Shown one piece after another: positions 9,790 to 18,023 of a DNA stretch of 64,000 bases. Source of the stretch: Candidatus Krumholzibacteriia bacterium (GTDB taxonomy: Bacteria; Krumholzibacteriota; Krumholzibacteriia; JAJRXK01). The position numbers and the translations under genes were made by a program. Location of the stretch: the NCBI GenBank assembly GCA_041484665.1, contig JBGPIA010000013.1, forward strand, positions 1 through 64,000, read 5' to 3'. Position 1 is the first letter of the stretch. The number at the start of each line of letters is the position of its first letter. Under the pieces are notes generated by a model that had not been told where the DNA came from, did not search any database, and saw nothing but the letters and a program-made list of their open reading frames with translations.

Positions 9790-9975
9790 GGCGCAACGCA
9801 GCGAGCGCGGGCGCCGCCCGCTGGGGCTGCCGATCGCGCGTCGCGCCCGTGGAGGACGTAGACTCTTTGCTCCGGGGTCGTGGCGCCGCGCGTGGGCAGC
9901 AGAGCGTTCGGTACCACCCCGGACGTACGCTTGCGTGCCATTGTTGACTGCTTGCCAGCGGCCCAAGAGAGCTCG

Positions 9976-11160
9976 ATGACACTGCTTTGGATCGCCTCCA
10001 CATGGCTTGCTCTGACCGGCGGCTCGCCACAGGGGGGACCCAACGGGGCTCTGGCGAAACCCGGGATCGAGTTCTGGGACCAACGGCGCAAGGGCGCGAA
10101 CTGCCAGAATCACCGCGTGCGCCGCGAGTACTGGCAGGCCGCTCACGCCGCCGGCATCCAGTTCATCCGCCTGGCCCCGGACGGGTGGTCCGCCGCGAAC
10201 CGGGACTTCCTGATCGGCAGCGCCGATACCTTCCGGACCATCGACACGACCGATCTGGCCGTGCTGCGCCACGTCCTCGACGATGCGGCTGCCTCGAGCG
10301 TCGGTGTGATTCTGACGATGTTCTCACTGCCGGGCGCGCGCTGGCGCCAGCTCAACGGCGACAAGGACGACGGCCGGCTGTGGACACAGCCCGAGTACCG
10401 GGCCCAGGCGTTCGCGTTCTGGCGACAGCTCGCGGCCGCGCTCACGAACCACCCCGCCATCGTGGCCTACAATCCGCTGAACGAGCCGCATCCGGAGCGC
10501 GCGTTCGGCCTCTACGACGAGAGCGCCGCACAGTTTGGCGAGTGGTACCGGGGCGCGCGCGGCACGGCGGCGGATCTGAACGAATTCAATCGCGGCATCG
10601 TCTCCGCCATCCGCGAGGTTGATCCGGACACGCCCATCATCCTGGATGGCTGGACCTACGCCTCCCCGCAGGGCCTGACCTTCCTGGAACCCGTCGAGGA
10701 TCCGGCGGTTCTCTACGCGTTCCACTACGGTGAGCCTTGGGACTACACGACCTTCCGGGTGAACCAGAACCGCTTCATCTATCCGACGCGCATGCCCGAC
10801 GGGTGGACGCCAGAAACCCCAGCCCGTCTGATGGGCGAGGTGGCGGCGTGGGCCGACCGGCACCATGTTCCCGCACGCCACATCATCGCCGAGGAATTCC
10901 ACGTGGACCGCAGGGTTGGCGGAGCGACGCAGTACCTGCAGGACGTCATCGCGCTGCTCGACCGACACGATTGGAGCTGGGCCTTCTACTCCTTCCGCGC
11001 CGACGATGCGTGGGGCGGCCTGGACTACGAGCTTGGCACGGCGCCCCTTGGCGAAGCCTACTGGGCCGCCGTTGAGCGGGGTGAAGATCCGGAGCGCCAC
11101 AAACATCGCGGTGCCAATCCGCTGTGGGACGTCCTGACGACTGCGCTGGCCGGTCCATGA
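9976..11160 (+). CDS. Secreted glycoside hydrolase family 5 (cellulase-like)
   Basis: Signal-like N-terminus, YNPLNEP acid/base motif, YAFHY and a nucleophile near AEEF. Confidence 0.85.
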   Translation: MTLLWIASTWLALTGGSPQGGPNGALAKPGIEFWDQRRKGANCQNHRVRREYWQAAHAAGIQFIRLAPDGWSAANRDFLIGSADTFRTIDTTDLAVLRHVLDDAAASSVGVILTMFSLPGARWRQLNGDKDDGRLWTQPEYRAQAFAFWRQLAAALTNHPAIVAYNPLNEPHPERAFGLYDESAAQFGEWYRGARGTAADLNEFNRGIVSAIREVDPDTPIILDGWTYASPQGLTFLEPVEDPAVLYAFHYGEPWDYTTFRVNQNRFIYPTRMPDGWTPETPARLMGEVAAWADRHHVPARHIIAEEFHVDRRVGGATQYLQDVIALLDRHDWSWAFYSFRADDAWGGLDYELGTAPLGEAYWAAVERGEDPERHKHRGANPLWDVLTTALAGP

Positions 11161-11213
11161 CCTCGATCCGCTTCCACACCCGGCGGATCGGACGCAGGTG
11201 CGCTCCGGTCCCT

Positions 11214-11276
11214 GCCTGACAGGCGCCTGAAGCTGACGGTTCGCAGCGCAGCGTACTATGATGTAAGCGCTTGGAC
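11214..11276 (+). repeat. Degenerate attC-like site (left half preserved)
   Basis: GCCTGAC-AGGCGC-CTGAAGCTGACGG resembles attC R''/L'' boxes. The right half is eroded. Confidence 0.35.
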
Positions 11277-11426
11277 CTCGGCGGCTGCCACGAGCAAGGT
11301 GGGGCTCATCTGCATCCTTTGCGGCGGCGTCCTGTTCCCGGTGCAGGCGTCCACAGCACCAAAGAGCCCCCTCCGGCACGTGTATGCGACGGTCGACGGC
11401 ACCGCGCTGACCGCATACGTCTTCGA

Positions 11427-11480
11427 GCCCAGCTCCAATGCGGACGCGCTGAGGCGCGGCGCTGAGCTTGGGCGTTCGGT
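11427..11480 (+). repeat. attC-like hairpin
   Basis: GCCCAGCTC...GCGGACGCGC-TGAG-GCGCGGCGCTGAGCTTGGGC-GTTCGGT, ending in an R'-like box just upstream of the next gene. Confidence 0.5.
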
Positions 11481-11508
11481 GGCATTCGATTGCTGATTCC
11501 GGGCCACG

Positions 11509-12089
11509 ATGATCCAGGACCAACCCAGTCACACGGCCCATCGGGTCGCCATGCACCGAGCGGCGCATCAGCTCCTCGGTGTGCCCGTCGTGTTCGAGGA
11601 TCCGCTGGCCCTGTCGATCCTCGGTCCAGAGCGGGGCGCCGCGCTCCGCGCCGACCCCATGCGGTTTGAGCAGGGTCTGCTGGCGCCCTATCTGCGCGCC
11701 TTCTTGGCGGTGCGTGGCTCGGGGTCACACCGTCCCTCGAGCGCGCGGTTGTCCGCATTACGCTGGAGGCTGTGGCGACGCTCAGTCGATGGGGCGGGGG
11801 CGTGATCTTCGACTACGCGATCCCGACGACGTCGCCCGACGTCCTGCAGCGCGCGGCCTTCAAGATCCTGGCGGCCCGGGTCAACGCGGTAGGCGAACCG
11901 TGGCAGACCTTCTTCGTCCCAGAGGATCTGATGCGAGAATTGGGCGCAGTGGGCTTTTCGGATGTGGAGGACCTGAGCGGTGACGTCCTCGATGAGCGCT
12001 ACTTCGCCGGGCGCCAGGAAAAGCTCCGGGTGGGACCGCTGGGGCATATCCTCAAGGCGCTGAGGCCGTCGCCCCGGAATGCCACCTGA
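11509..12089 (+). pseudogene. LCM-type SAM-dependent methyltransferase with internal deletion/frameshift
   Basis: The N-terminus PSHTAHRVAMHRAAHQ...VFEDPLAL...LRAFLAVR and the C-terminus VIFDY...GEPWQTFF lie in different frames. The SAM-binding core is missing. Confidence 0.75.
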
Positions 12090-12235
12090 CCCGCGCTTGG
12101 TGCTGCGGGGGCCGCGCTAGCTGTGCAGGCGCGGCGGCGTTAGGATTGTTGCGAGGACGCACCTGCGCCTGCGCCCACGCCTGCGCATCGCGCCGGCGCG
12201 TACGGACCCCGCAGCAGAAGCGCAGGACGTTCGGT
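12084..12235 (+). repeat. attC-like site
   Basis: ACCTGAC (contains the upstream stop codon), then CCGCGCTTGGTGCTGCGGGG...CCCCGCAGCAGAAGCGC-AGGAC-GTTCGGT. The arms pair with a bulged base, and the flanks GCCACC/GGTGGC pair. Confidence 0.6.
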
Positions 12236-12266
12236 GGCCGCGAGCTCAGCGCGAGGGGAGAATGCG

Positions 12267-12464
12267 ATGCAGCGTGCAAGACTCCCGCACAGCCAGGTGA
12301 GTTGGAGCCTCATCTGGATGGCCATGGTGCTTCTGCTCGGCGTGCTGCTGCTGGGTGTCGGCCACTTCCAGCATAACACCAGCGCATTCTATGCGGGCGC
12401 GCTGGTCACGCTCGCCGGTGTGCTCAATGGAGTGCTGCAGCGGGTGGTGCGCAGGGACCGGTGA
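12267..12464 (+). CDS. Small two-helix membrane protein
   Basis: GGAG RBS and two hydrophobic segments. The stop overlaps the next GTG. Confidence 0.5.
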   Translation: MQRARLPHSQVSWSLIWMAMVLLLGVLLLGVGHFQHNTSAFYAGALVTLAGVLNGVLQRVVRRDR

Positions 12465-13693
12465 GACGACTGCGTGCTCGCGCCGCCGAGGCTCGCTTGC
12501 AGCGCGCGGTCGCCGTTGGTGCGATTGCCGCGCTCATGCTCGTTTCGGCCTGCGCGTCGCACGCGCCGGGCCGCAAGCGCCCGGCCGATGCGGTTCCCAC
12601 CCCGCCACTCACACCCGCGCTTGCGCAGTCGCTCGCCCAGGCGCGCGCGTGGGCGACCGCCCTGCGCGCGAGCCGGGGCCTGCCCGGACTCGCCGTCGCT
12701 GTGGCCGTGCGCGGCGAGATGGTGATGGCCGAGGGCTTCGGCTGGGCAGACTCCGTACGCCAGATCCCGGTCTCGGCAGACACCCAGTTCCGCATCGGCA
12801 GCGTCTCGAAGCTCCTCACCGCGACCGCCGCCTTGCGACTGGCACAGGAGGGCCGGCTCGATCTGGAAGCTCCCGTGGGCCGGTACGTGGCGGGTGTTCC
12901 GGCGGACAAAGCCAAGATCACGCTCCGCCAACTCGCCGGGCACATGTCCGGCATCCGCCAGTACGGGCGTGACGAATTCATCAACCGGGTGACGTATCGA
13001 GACGTCACGCAGAGCCTCGAGCGCTTTCTGGCCGACTCTCTCCTCAGTACCCCCGGGGCGCATTACCGTTATTCGAGCTACGGGTACAATCTGCTCGGCG
13101 CGGCTCTCCAGGGTGCGGCTGGCAAGGAGTTCCGCGAGGTGATCGCGCAAGAGGTCCTCGGACCGCTCGGCATGCAGCGCACCGGCGTGGAGGACGGCGC
13201 TCCCGCAAGCGGAGCCGAACGAGCGCACCTCTACTCGCGCAACGCGCGCGGCGCAAGCGGTGCGAGCGGCGCGAGCGACGCGGGGAGCGCGCGCGGCACA
13301 GGCGCCACGGGCGGCGCGCTGCTCGACGCACCAGTCGCGGATCTGAGCGACCGGTGGCCGTCGGGAGGCTACCTGTCGACCGTGACAGACATGGCTCGGC
13401 TGGGCAGCGGCATCCTCGCACCCGACTTCCTGACGGCCAACTCGCGCGCCATGCTGCTCACGCCGCAACAGCCGACCGATGGCCATGCGACGCCCGTCGG
13501 AATCGGATGGCGGATCGGTGTGGACTCGCAAGGACGGCGCTACCTCCACCACGGTGGCGAGGCCATCGGCGGGCGCGCTTTTCTGCTGGTCTATCCTGAC
13601 GACAGCATCGTCGTGGCACTCGCCACCAACCTCACGTTCGGATCCATCGCCGAGGCGGACGCGCTCGCGCTGGCGCAGCTGTTTTGGCCATGA
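12461..13693 (+). CDS. Serine hydrolase (class C beta-lactamase fold) lipoprotein
   Basis: Lipobox-like VSAC, FRIGSVSK (SxxK), YRYSSYGY and HHGG motifs. Confidence 0.9.
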   Translation: MRRLRARAAEARLQRAVAVGAIAALMLVSACASHAPGRKRPADAVPTPPLTPALAQSLAQARAWATALRASRGLPGLAVAVAVRGEMVMAEGFGWADSVRQIPVSADTQFRIGSVSKLLTATAALRLAQEGRLDLEAPVGRYVAGVPADKAKITLRQLAGHMSGIRQYGRDEFINRVTYRDVTQSLERFLADSLLSTPGAHYRYSSYGYNLLGAALQGAAGKEFREVIAQEVLGPLGMQRTGVEDGAPASGAERAHLYSRNARGASGASGASDAGSARGTGATGGALLDAPVADLSDRWPSGGYLSTVTDMARLGSGILAPDFLTANSRAMLLTPQQPTDGHATPVGIGWRIGVDSQGRRYLHHGGEAIGGRAFLLVYPDDSIVVALATNLTFGSIAEADALALAQLFWP

Positions 13694-13954
13694 GCGCGCA
13701 CCCGCCGCGGGGGTGACCCCTGAGCGACCCTGGGGGTGGCCCCTGATTGGCGCGCGTGGCGTAGAGCCAAAACATGATTGGACAGGCGCCATGGATGTCA
13801 GGCGCCGAGGTTGTCGACGTAGGTGGACGCCTGGAATGATAGACTGCCGGTGATCGCTGGCGTCGCGGCGATGGATTGGCGATGGATCGGAGATGGATCC
13901 GCGGTCGAACGCGCGTCCGGTGGATTTCGACACTCCCAGCAGCACGGAAGAACC

Positions 13955-14530
13955 ATGAGCAAAGGACGGCTCGAAGCATTCAGTGATGGCGTGATCGCGA
14001 TCCTGATCACGATCATGGTCTTGGAGCTCAGAGTTCCCCATGGCGCGGATTGGCAGGCGCTGCGTTCCCTGGTTCCGTTGCTTCTGACGTACCTGCTCAG
14101 CTTCGTTTTCTTGGGGATCTACTGGAACAACCATCACCACATGTTCTCCGCCACCGAGCGGATCAACGGCAAGGTCCTGTGGGCCAACCTGCACCTGTTG
14201 TTCTGGTTGTCGCTCATGCCCTTCGCTACCCATTGGGTGGGAGAGAGCCAATTCGCTCCGTTGCCGATCGCTGCCTATGGGGGCGTGCTCTTGTTGGCAG
14301 CCGTGGCCTACTATATCCTCCAGACCACGATCGTTGCGCAGCCGGGCGCGAACCCCACGCTCGCCGCCGCGCTGGGAAAGGACCTGAAGGGCAAACTCTC
14401 GCCCGTCTTGTACGTCGCGGCGATCCCGCTGGCCTTCGCCAGTCGGTGGATCGCGATCGGGATCTACGTTTTCGTCGCGCTCTTGTGGCTCGTCCCCGAT
14501 CCACGGATCGAGTCGAGGCTGAATCGATGA
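13955..14530 (+). CDS. TMEM175 family potassium channel
   Basis: RLEAFSDGVIAILITIMVLEL signature and YWNNHHH. Confidence 0.93.
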   Translation: MSKGRLEAFSDGVIAILITIMVLELRVPHGADWQALRSLVPLLLTYLLSFVFLGIYWNNHHHMFSATERINGKVLWANLHLLFWLSLMPFATHWVGESQFAPLPIAAYGGVLLLAAVAYYILQTTIVAQPGANPTLAAALGKDLKGKLSPVLYVAAIPLAFASRWIAIGIYVFVALLWLVPDPRIESRLNR

Positions 14531-14672
14531 GCCAAGCGGGCGCTGCTGCGAGCGGGCTGCAGCGCGGTGTGCCGAGCATCCTTTTGCTGGCGACGCCTGA
14601 TCGGCCGCCCAATTCGCCTTCCGCCCGCGACGCGGCTGGGCCGACACGTCGTGCAGCCAGGAAGGAGCGTCC

Positions 14673-15011
14673 ATGGCGGATCCAGTCGTGCACTTCGAGA
14701 TCGCAGGTCCAGATGCAGCCCGTCTCGCAGACTTCCATGGAAAGCTCTTCGGATGGTCGATCAGTCCAGGACTGTTTCCGGGCTACCAGAGCATCGGGCC
14801 GATTGGGGCGGGCGGCCTACGGGGCGGGATCCGACAGGAGACATTCACGGAGCGCGTCTTCTACGTGAAGGTGCCCGACCTTCAGGCAGCGCTGGACCGG
14901 GCCGTGGAGCTCGGCGGTCGGGTCTTGGTTCCCCCGAAGCTGGTCCCGGGCGTGGTCCACTTCGCCATGTTCGAGGATCCGGCTGGGAATCGAACCGGGC
15001 TGGTCCAGTAG
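14673..15011 (+). CDS. VOC/glyoxalase family protein
   Basis: VVHFEI...LFGW and FEDPAGNRTGL motifs, with AAGGAG RBS. Confidence 0.85.
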   Translation: MADPVVHFEIAGPDAARLADFHGKLFGWSISPGLFPGYQSIGPIGAGGLRGGIRQETFTERVFYVKVPDLQAALDRAVELGGRVLVPPKLVPGVVHFAMFEDPAGNRTGLVQ

Positions 15012-15018
15012 GGCGGCC

Positions 15019-15186
15019 CGAGCAGTTTCTTGCGCTGGAACTCCATGGGATGGGCGCGGCTCTTGGAACCCTCGGAGGCAGCTCATTGCATTGAGTAAAT
15101 TTGCTCAGTGACGTTGACACTGGTAGAGCGTCGGCGAAATGAACGCACGCCATCCGCGTGGTGACTTTCCTTGACCTGCCGGCTCG
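15019..15186 (-). repeat. Inverted copy of 47161-47329 (leader, operator and first codons of the AAA_14 ATPase gene)
   Basis: Near-identical sequence, including ATGGAGTTCCAGCGCAAGAAACTGCTCG and the TTGAGT-N6-GCTCA palindrome. Confidence 0.9.
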
Positions 15187-15207
15187 CCTCTCCGCCGGCG
15201 GGAAAAC

Positions 15208-15774
15208 TCACGCCTCTCGCCGCGCGAGCTCCTGCGCGCGCGCCCATTGGGTCTCCAGCACCAGATCGCGCACCTACTGCTGGATGTATTCCCGGTCGAG
15301 TGTCGTCTGGGGGTCGCGCAGGATTCCCGCCACGTCCTCCAGTTGGCGCTCGGAAGCGCCCAGCTTCGCCCACTCGAGCTTGGAGAGCACCACGTCCTCG
15401 GCCGTGGCGATAGTGAGTCGAATGCCCAGGGCGTCCACGGTGAGCCGCCGGTCGAACTCGATGCGGCTGAACCTGCGATCCCGGCGCACGATCAGATCGA
15501 CTTTCCAGCCGCTGGCCATATCGATGACGTTGAACTGGGTCCGGCGACGCAAGGCGTCGAGGGCCGCGTCCGCGCTCACGTAGTAGGACGGAGAGGGCAA
15601 TGAGCGCAAGAAGGCGCGCAGCTGCGCCTCATCCGGCGCGATGACGAGGTCGATGTCCTGGGAGGCGCGGCCCTCGCCGTGATAGGAGCTGGCAATCGAG
15701 CCCGTCAGCATGTAGGGGACCCCGGCCTGCTCCAGAGCCGAGACCATTCGGCGCAACAGGTCCTCGACGCTCAA
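15208..15774 (-). pseudogene. Nucleotidyltransferase-fold protein (TA-like pair) with premature TAG at 15274-15276
   Basis: YMLTGSIASSYHGEGRASQDIDLV and AEDVVLSKLEW motifs. After LDREYIQQ* the frame continues VRDLVLETQW...*, with the stop where Trp is expected. Confidence 0.7.
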
Positions 15775-16001
15775 CGCAACACTTCCGGCAGTTGGCTTGC
15801 GGGGAACAGACGGCGCAGGAGCGCGCGCCGCAACTCTGCATCGGGCCAATCGGGGTGGAGAGCGCGCAGTCGGCACAGGGCGAGCGCGTGCGCCAGGTCG
15901 GACGCCTCGCAGGCCCGTCGCAGCCGTTCGCCGCGAGGCACGCGAGCGCGGACCTCGCGCGCGATCTGGGCGGCGGCGGGGTCGGTGTCGGTGGGCAGCA
16001 T
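15771..16001 (-). CDS. Small partner protein of the nucleotidyltransferase
   Basis: TDTDPAAAQI...ERLRRACEASD...HPDW. The stop overlaps the downstream TTG start. Confidence 0.65.
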   Translation of the reverse strand: MLPTDTDPAAAQIAREVRARVPRGERLRRACEASDLAHALALCRLRALHPDWPDAELRRALLRRLFPASQLPEVLR

Positions 16002-16375
16002 GAGGTTTCGTCCCGCACGAGAACTGGAGCGTGGCCGGGAACTGACCGAGTCCCGGCCGCCGGGCTCGTACCCAGGCTCGTGTAGAGGATGGTGGACAGG
16101 ATACAGGATCCGCCCTGTTCGGACCAACAGAGCGGCTGGCGGCCCGGCCCGCGCTCGACCGGGCATGCCGCAAGTGACGTGCGGGTACGCCCGAGCGTCG
16201 GTGGGCCACGCCCCCATCGCCGCAGCGTTGTGTCCGCGGCACGCGCCGCGTGGTAGGGTTGCCCCGGACCCAATCGCCATCGCAGCCCCACGATGCGCCA
16301 CACTCCACACGCGGGCCGGTTGAGCGCCGGTCGATTCACGACATTGCGTACGGTCCTCGATCGAGGAGGGTTACC

Positions 16376-16618
16376 ATGGCTCGGATCACGGTTCGCTACT
16401 GCGCGTATTGACTGTCCGGTGTGTTCGCCGTCCGTGTGGCGGCGCGGCTTCGCCGCGAGCTGAAGACCGATGTCGAGACCGTTCATGGCCGCTATGGGGA
16501 ATTCAAAGTGCTCGTCGATGGAGAGACCGTGATCGATGGCGGTGCGTTGGTTCTTCTGGGCGTTCTTCCGGCGGGGGAGAAGGTGGTTGACGCCGTGAGG
16601 ACGCGCCTGTCCGGGTGA
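16376..16618 (+). CDS. Rdx family (SelW/SelT/SelH-like) selenoprotein, Sec at UGA 16409-16411
   Basis: GAGGAGG RBS, then MARITVRYCAY-UGA-LSGVFAVRVAARL...GRYGEFKVLVDG...LP. This gives a CxxU motif and Rdx C-terminal motifs. Confidence 0.85.
16426..16444 (+). promoter_or_regulatory. Bacterial SECIS-like hairpin
   Basis: CGCCGTC-CGTGT-GGCGGCG forms a 7-bp stem with a G-containing loop, starting 15 nt after the UGA. Confidence 0.65.
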
Positions 16619-16759
16619 CTGCTCGTTCGCTCGTTCGGTCGGCCGCCAGCAATGCGCCCGCGTTGATGGGCCGACGGACGGCAGCGGAGCCCCCGCAGCT
16701 GGCGGCAGCTGACGACCGGGGGGTGGGCTTCGGTTCGTTCGTACTATCAGGAGGTAACG

Positions 16760-17320
16760 ATGGTCCCGATCATGTCGTTGTTGCTCCCGATTCTGTTATC
16801 GGGGGTAGTGGTGTTCCTGGCCAGTTTCGTCATCCACATGGTTCTGCCATTCCACCGGTCCGACTACCGGAAGCTGCCAGCCGAGGATGGAGTCATGGAC
16901 GCGCTCCGTCCGTTCAGCATCCCTCCCGGCGATTACATGATGCCGAACGCGGGCAGTCCTGCGGCGATGAAGGATCCCGCCTTCCTCGCGCGGTGGAACA
17001 AGGGGCCGTTGGCCGTGATAACCGTGCTGAAGCCCGGGCCAATGTCCATGAAAGCGAGCCTGGCCCAGTGGTTCCTCTATTGCGTCGTCGTGAGCGTGTT
17101 CGCGGCGTTCATCGCCGGGCGGGCCCTCGCGCCTGGCGCCACGCTTCGGGCGATCTTCAAATTCGCGGGCTGCACCACGTTCGTTGGCTACACCCTCGCG
17201 TTGTGGCAAGAGACGATCTGGTACAAGAAGGCCTGGACCACGACCTTCCGGTCGACGGTCGATGGTCTGGTGTATGCGCTCTTGACGGCGGGGGTCTTCG
17301 GCATGCTGTGGCCGAAGTAG
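16760..17320 (+). CDS. Conserved hypothetical membrane protein
   Basis: AGGAGG RBS, four hydrophobic segments, HMVLPFHRSDY and GDYMMP. Confidence 0.75.
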   Translation: MVPIMSLLLPILLSGVVVFLASFVIHMVLPFHRSDYRKLPAEDGVMDALRPFSIPPGDYMMPNAGSPAAMKDPAFLARWNKGPLAVITVLKPGPMSMKASLAQWFLYCVVVSVFAAFIAGRALAPGATLRAIFKFAGCTTFVGYTLALWQETIWYKKAWTTTFRSTVDGLVYALLTAGVFGMLWPK

Positions 17321-17389
17321 GCGCACCGGCACGACCCGCAGGAGGACACCGCCTGCCACTCACCGTCGTCGCGCAGGGCGGGGGGCGCC

Positions 17390-17530
17390 GTCGGCCCTTC
17401 GTCGATGTGGACCCGGACCAGATCCGAGCGCTGCTTGCCCCGCTGCTGCAGGGGCGCGTGATTGCCGCCGTCGAGCGCATCGACGGCGGCATCATCAACA
17501 CGATCGATCGGGTCGCGCTGGCCGACGGCA
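17390..17530 (+). pseudogene. Aminoglycoside-phosphotransferase-like N-terminal remnant
   Basis: RPFVDVDPDQIRALLAPLLQGRVIAAVERIDGGIINT. There is no catalytic domain downstream. Confidence 0.35.
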
Positions 17531-18023
17531 GAGCGCCGCGCCGACCGTTGGTCGCGCGCAGCGATCCTGACGCGCAGGTTGCACTCGGACCTCCCGAAGA
17601 CTCGCATCACGAAACGCGCACGGGGGCCGCGTCGGCCTCGGCTCGAACGCAAGCACCTCCGCGCCCGTGAAGAGCACCACCCCGCGGCAGAGGTGCCGGT
17701 CGAAACGCGCCTACCTCCATAGGGAGACGCCCTACGCAACTACCCCATGAGTCGGGCATTGGATGGGTCGCGAAGCAGCGACTCGTCCGACGAGTGGAAA
17801 CGCGTGCAGATCGTCGTGCGGCCCGCTTGACCCGGGCGCTTCCGCAACGCGATACTCGACCCACGCTAAAGCGGAGTACGGGGTCCGCACCCCCTGCGTT
17901 CTCCCTGCCTCCGCGCCGCCATGGCAAACCGCGCCCATCCGTATCGGCAGCATGCCGCGCATTTGGGCGGTGGCCCATGATCCGGCCCCGGCGCCCACCC
18001 GCGTCCCGGGCAAGGAGGTCCCC

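Noticed and set aside
11271..11426. Alpha/beta hydrolase gene (HVYATVDGTALTAYVFEP)
   Set aside because: Only a signal-like stretch and about 20 residues remain between two attC-like sites, which is too little to assign.
12389..14674. Long antisense or alternative-frame ORFs (also 57518-60097, 42101-44122, 61830-63836, 32908-34737)
   Set aside because: They are shadows of well-supported genes in high-GC DNA, with Arg/Pro/Ala-rich translations and no motifs.
3156..15276. UAG recoding (pyrrolysine or alternative code) suggested by two in-frame TAG codons at 3156 and 15274
   Set aside because: They replace different expected residues (Tyr and Trp), each by one substitution. TAG ends many intact genes here, and the region is full of pseudogenes.
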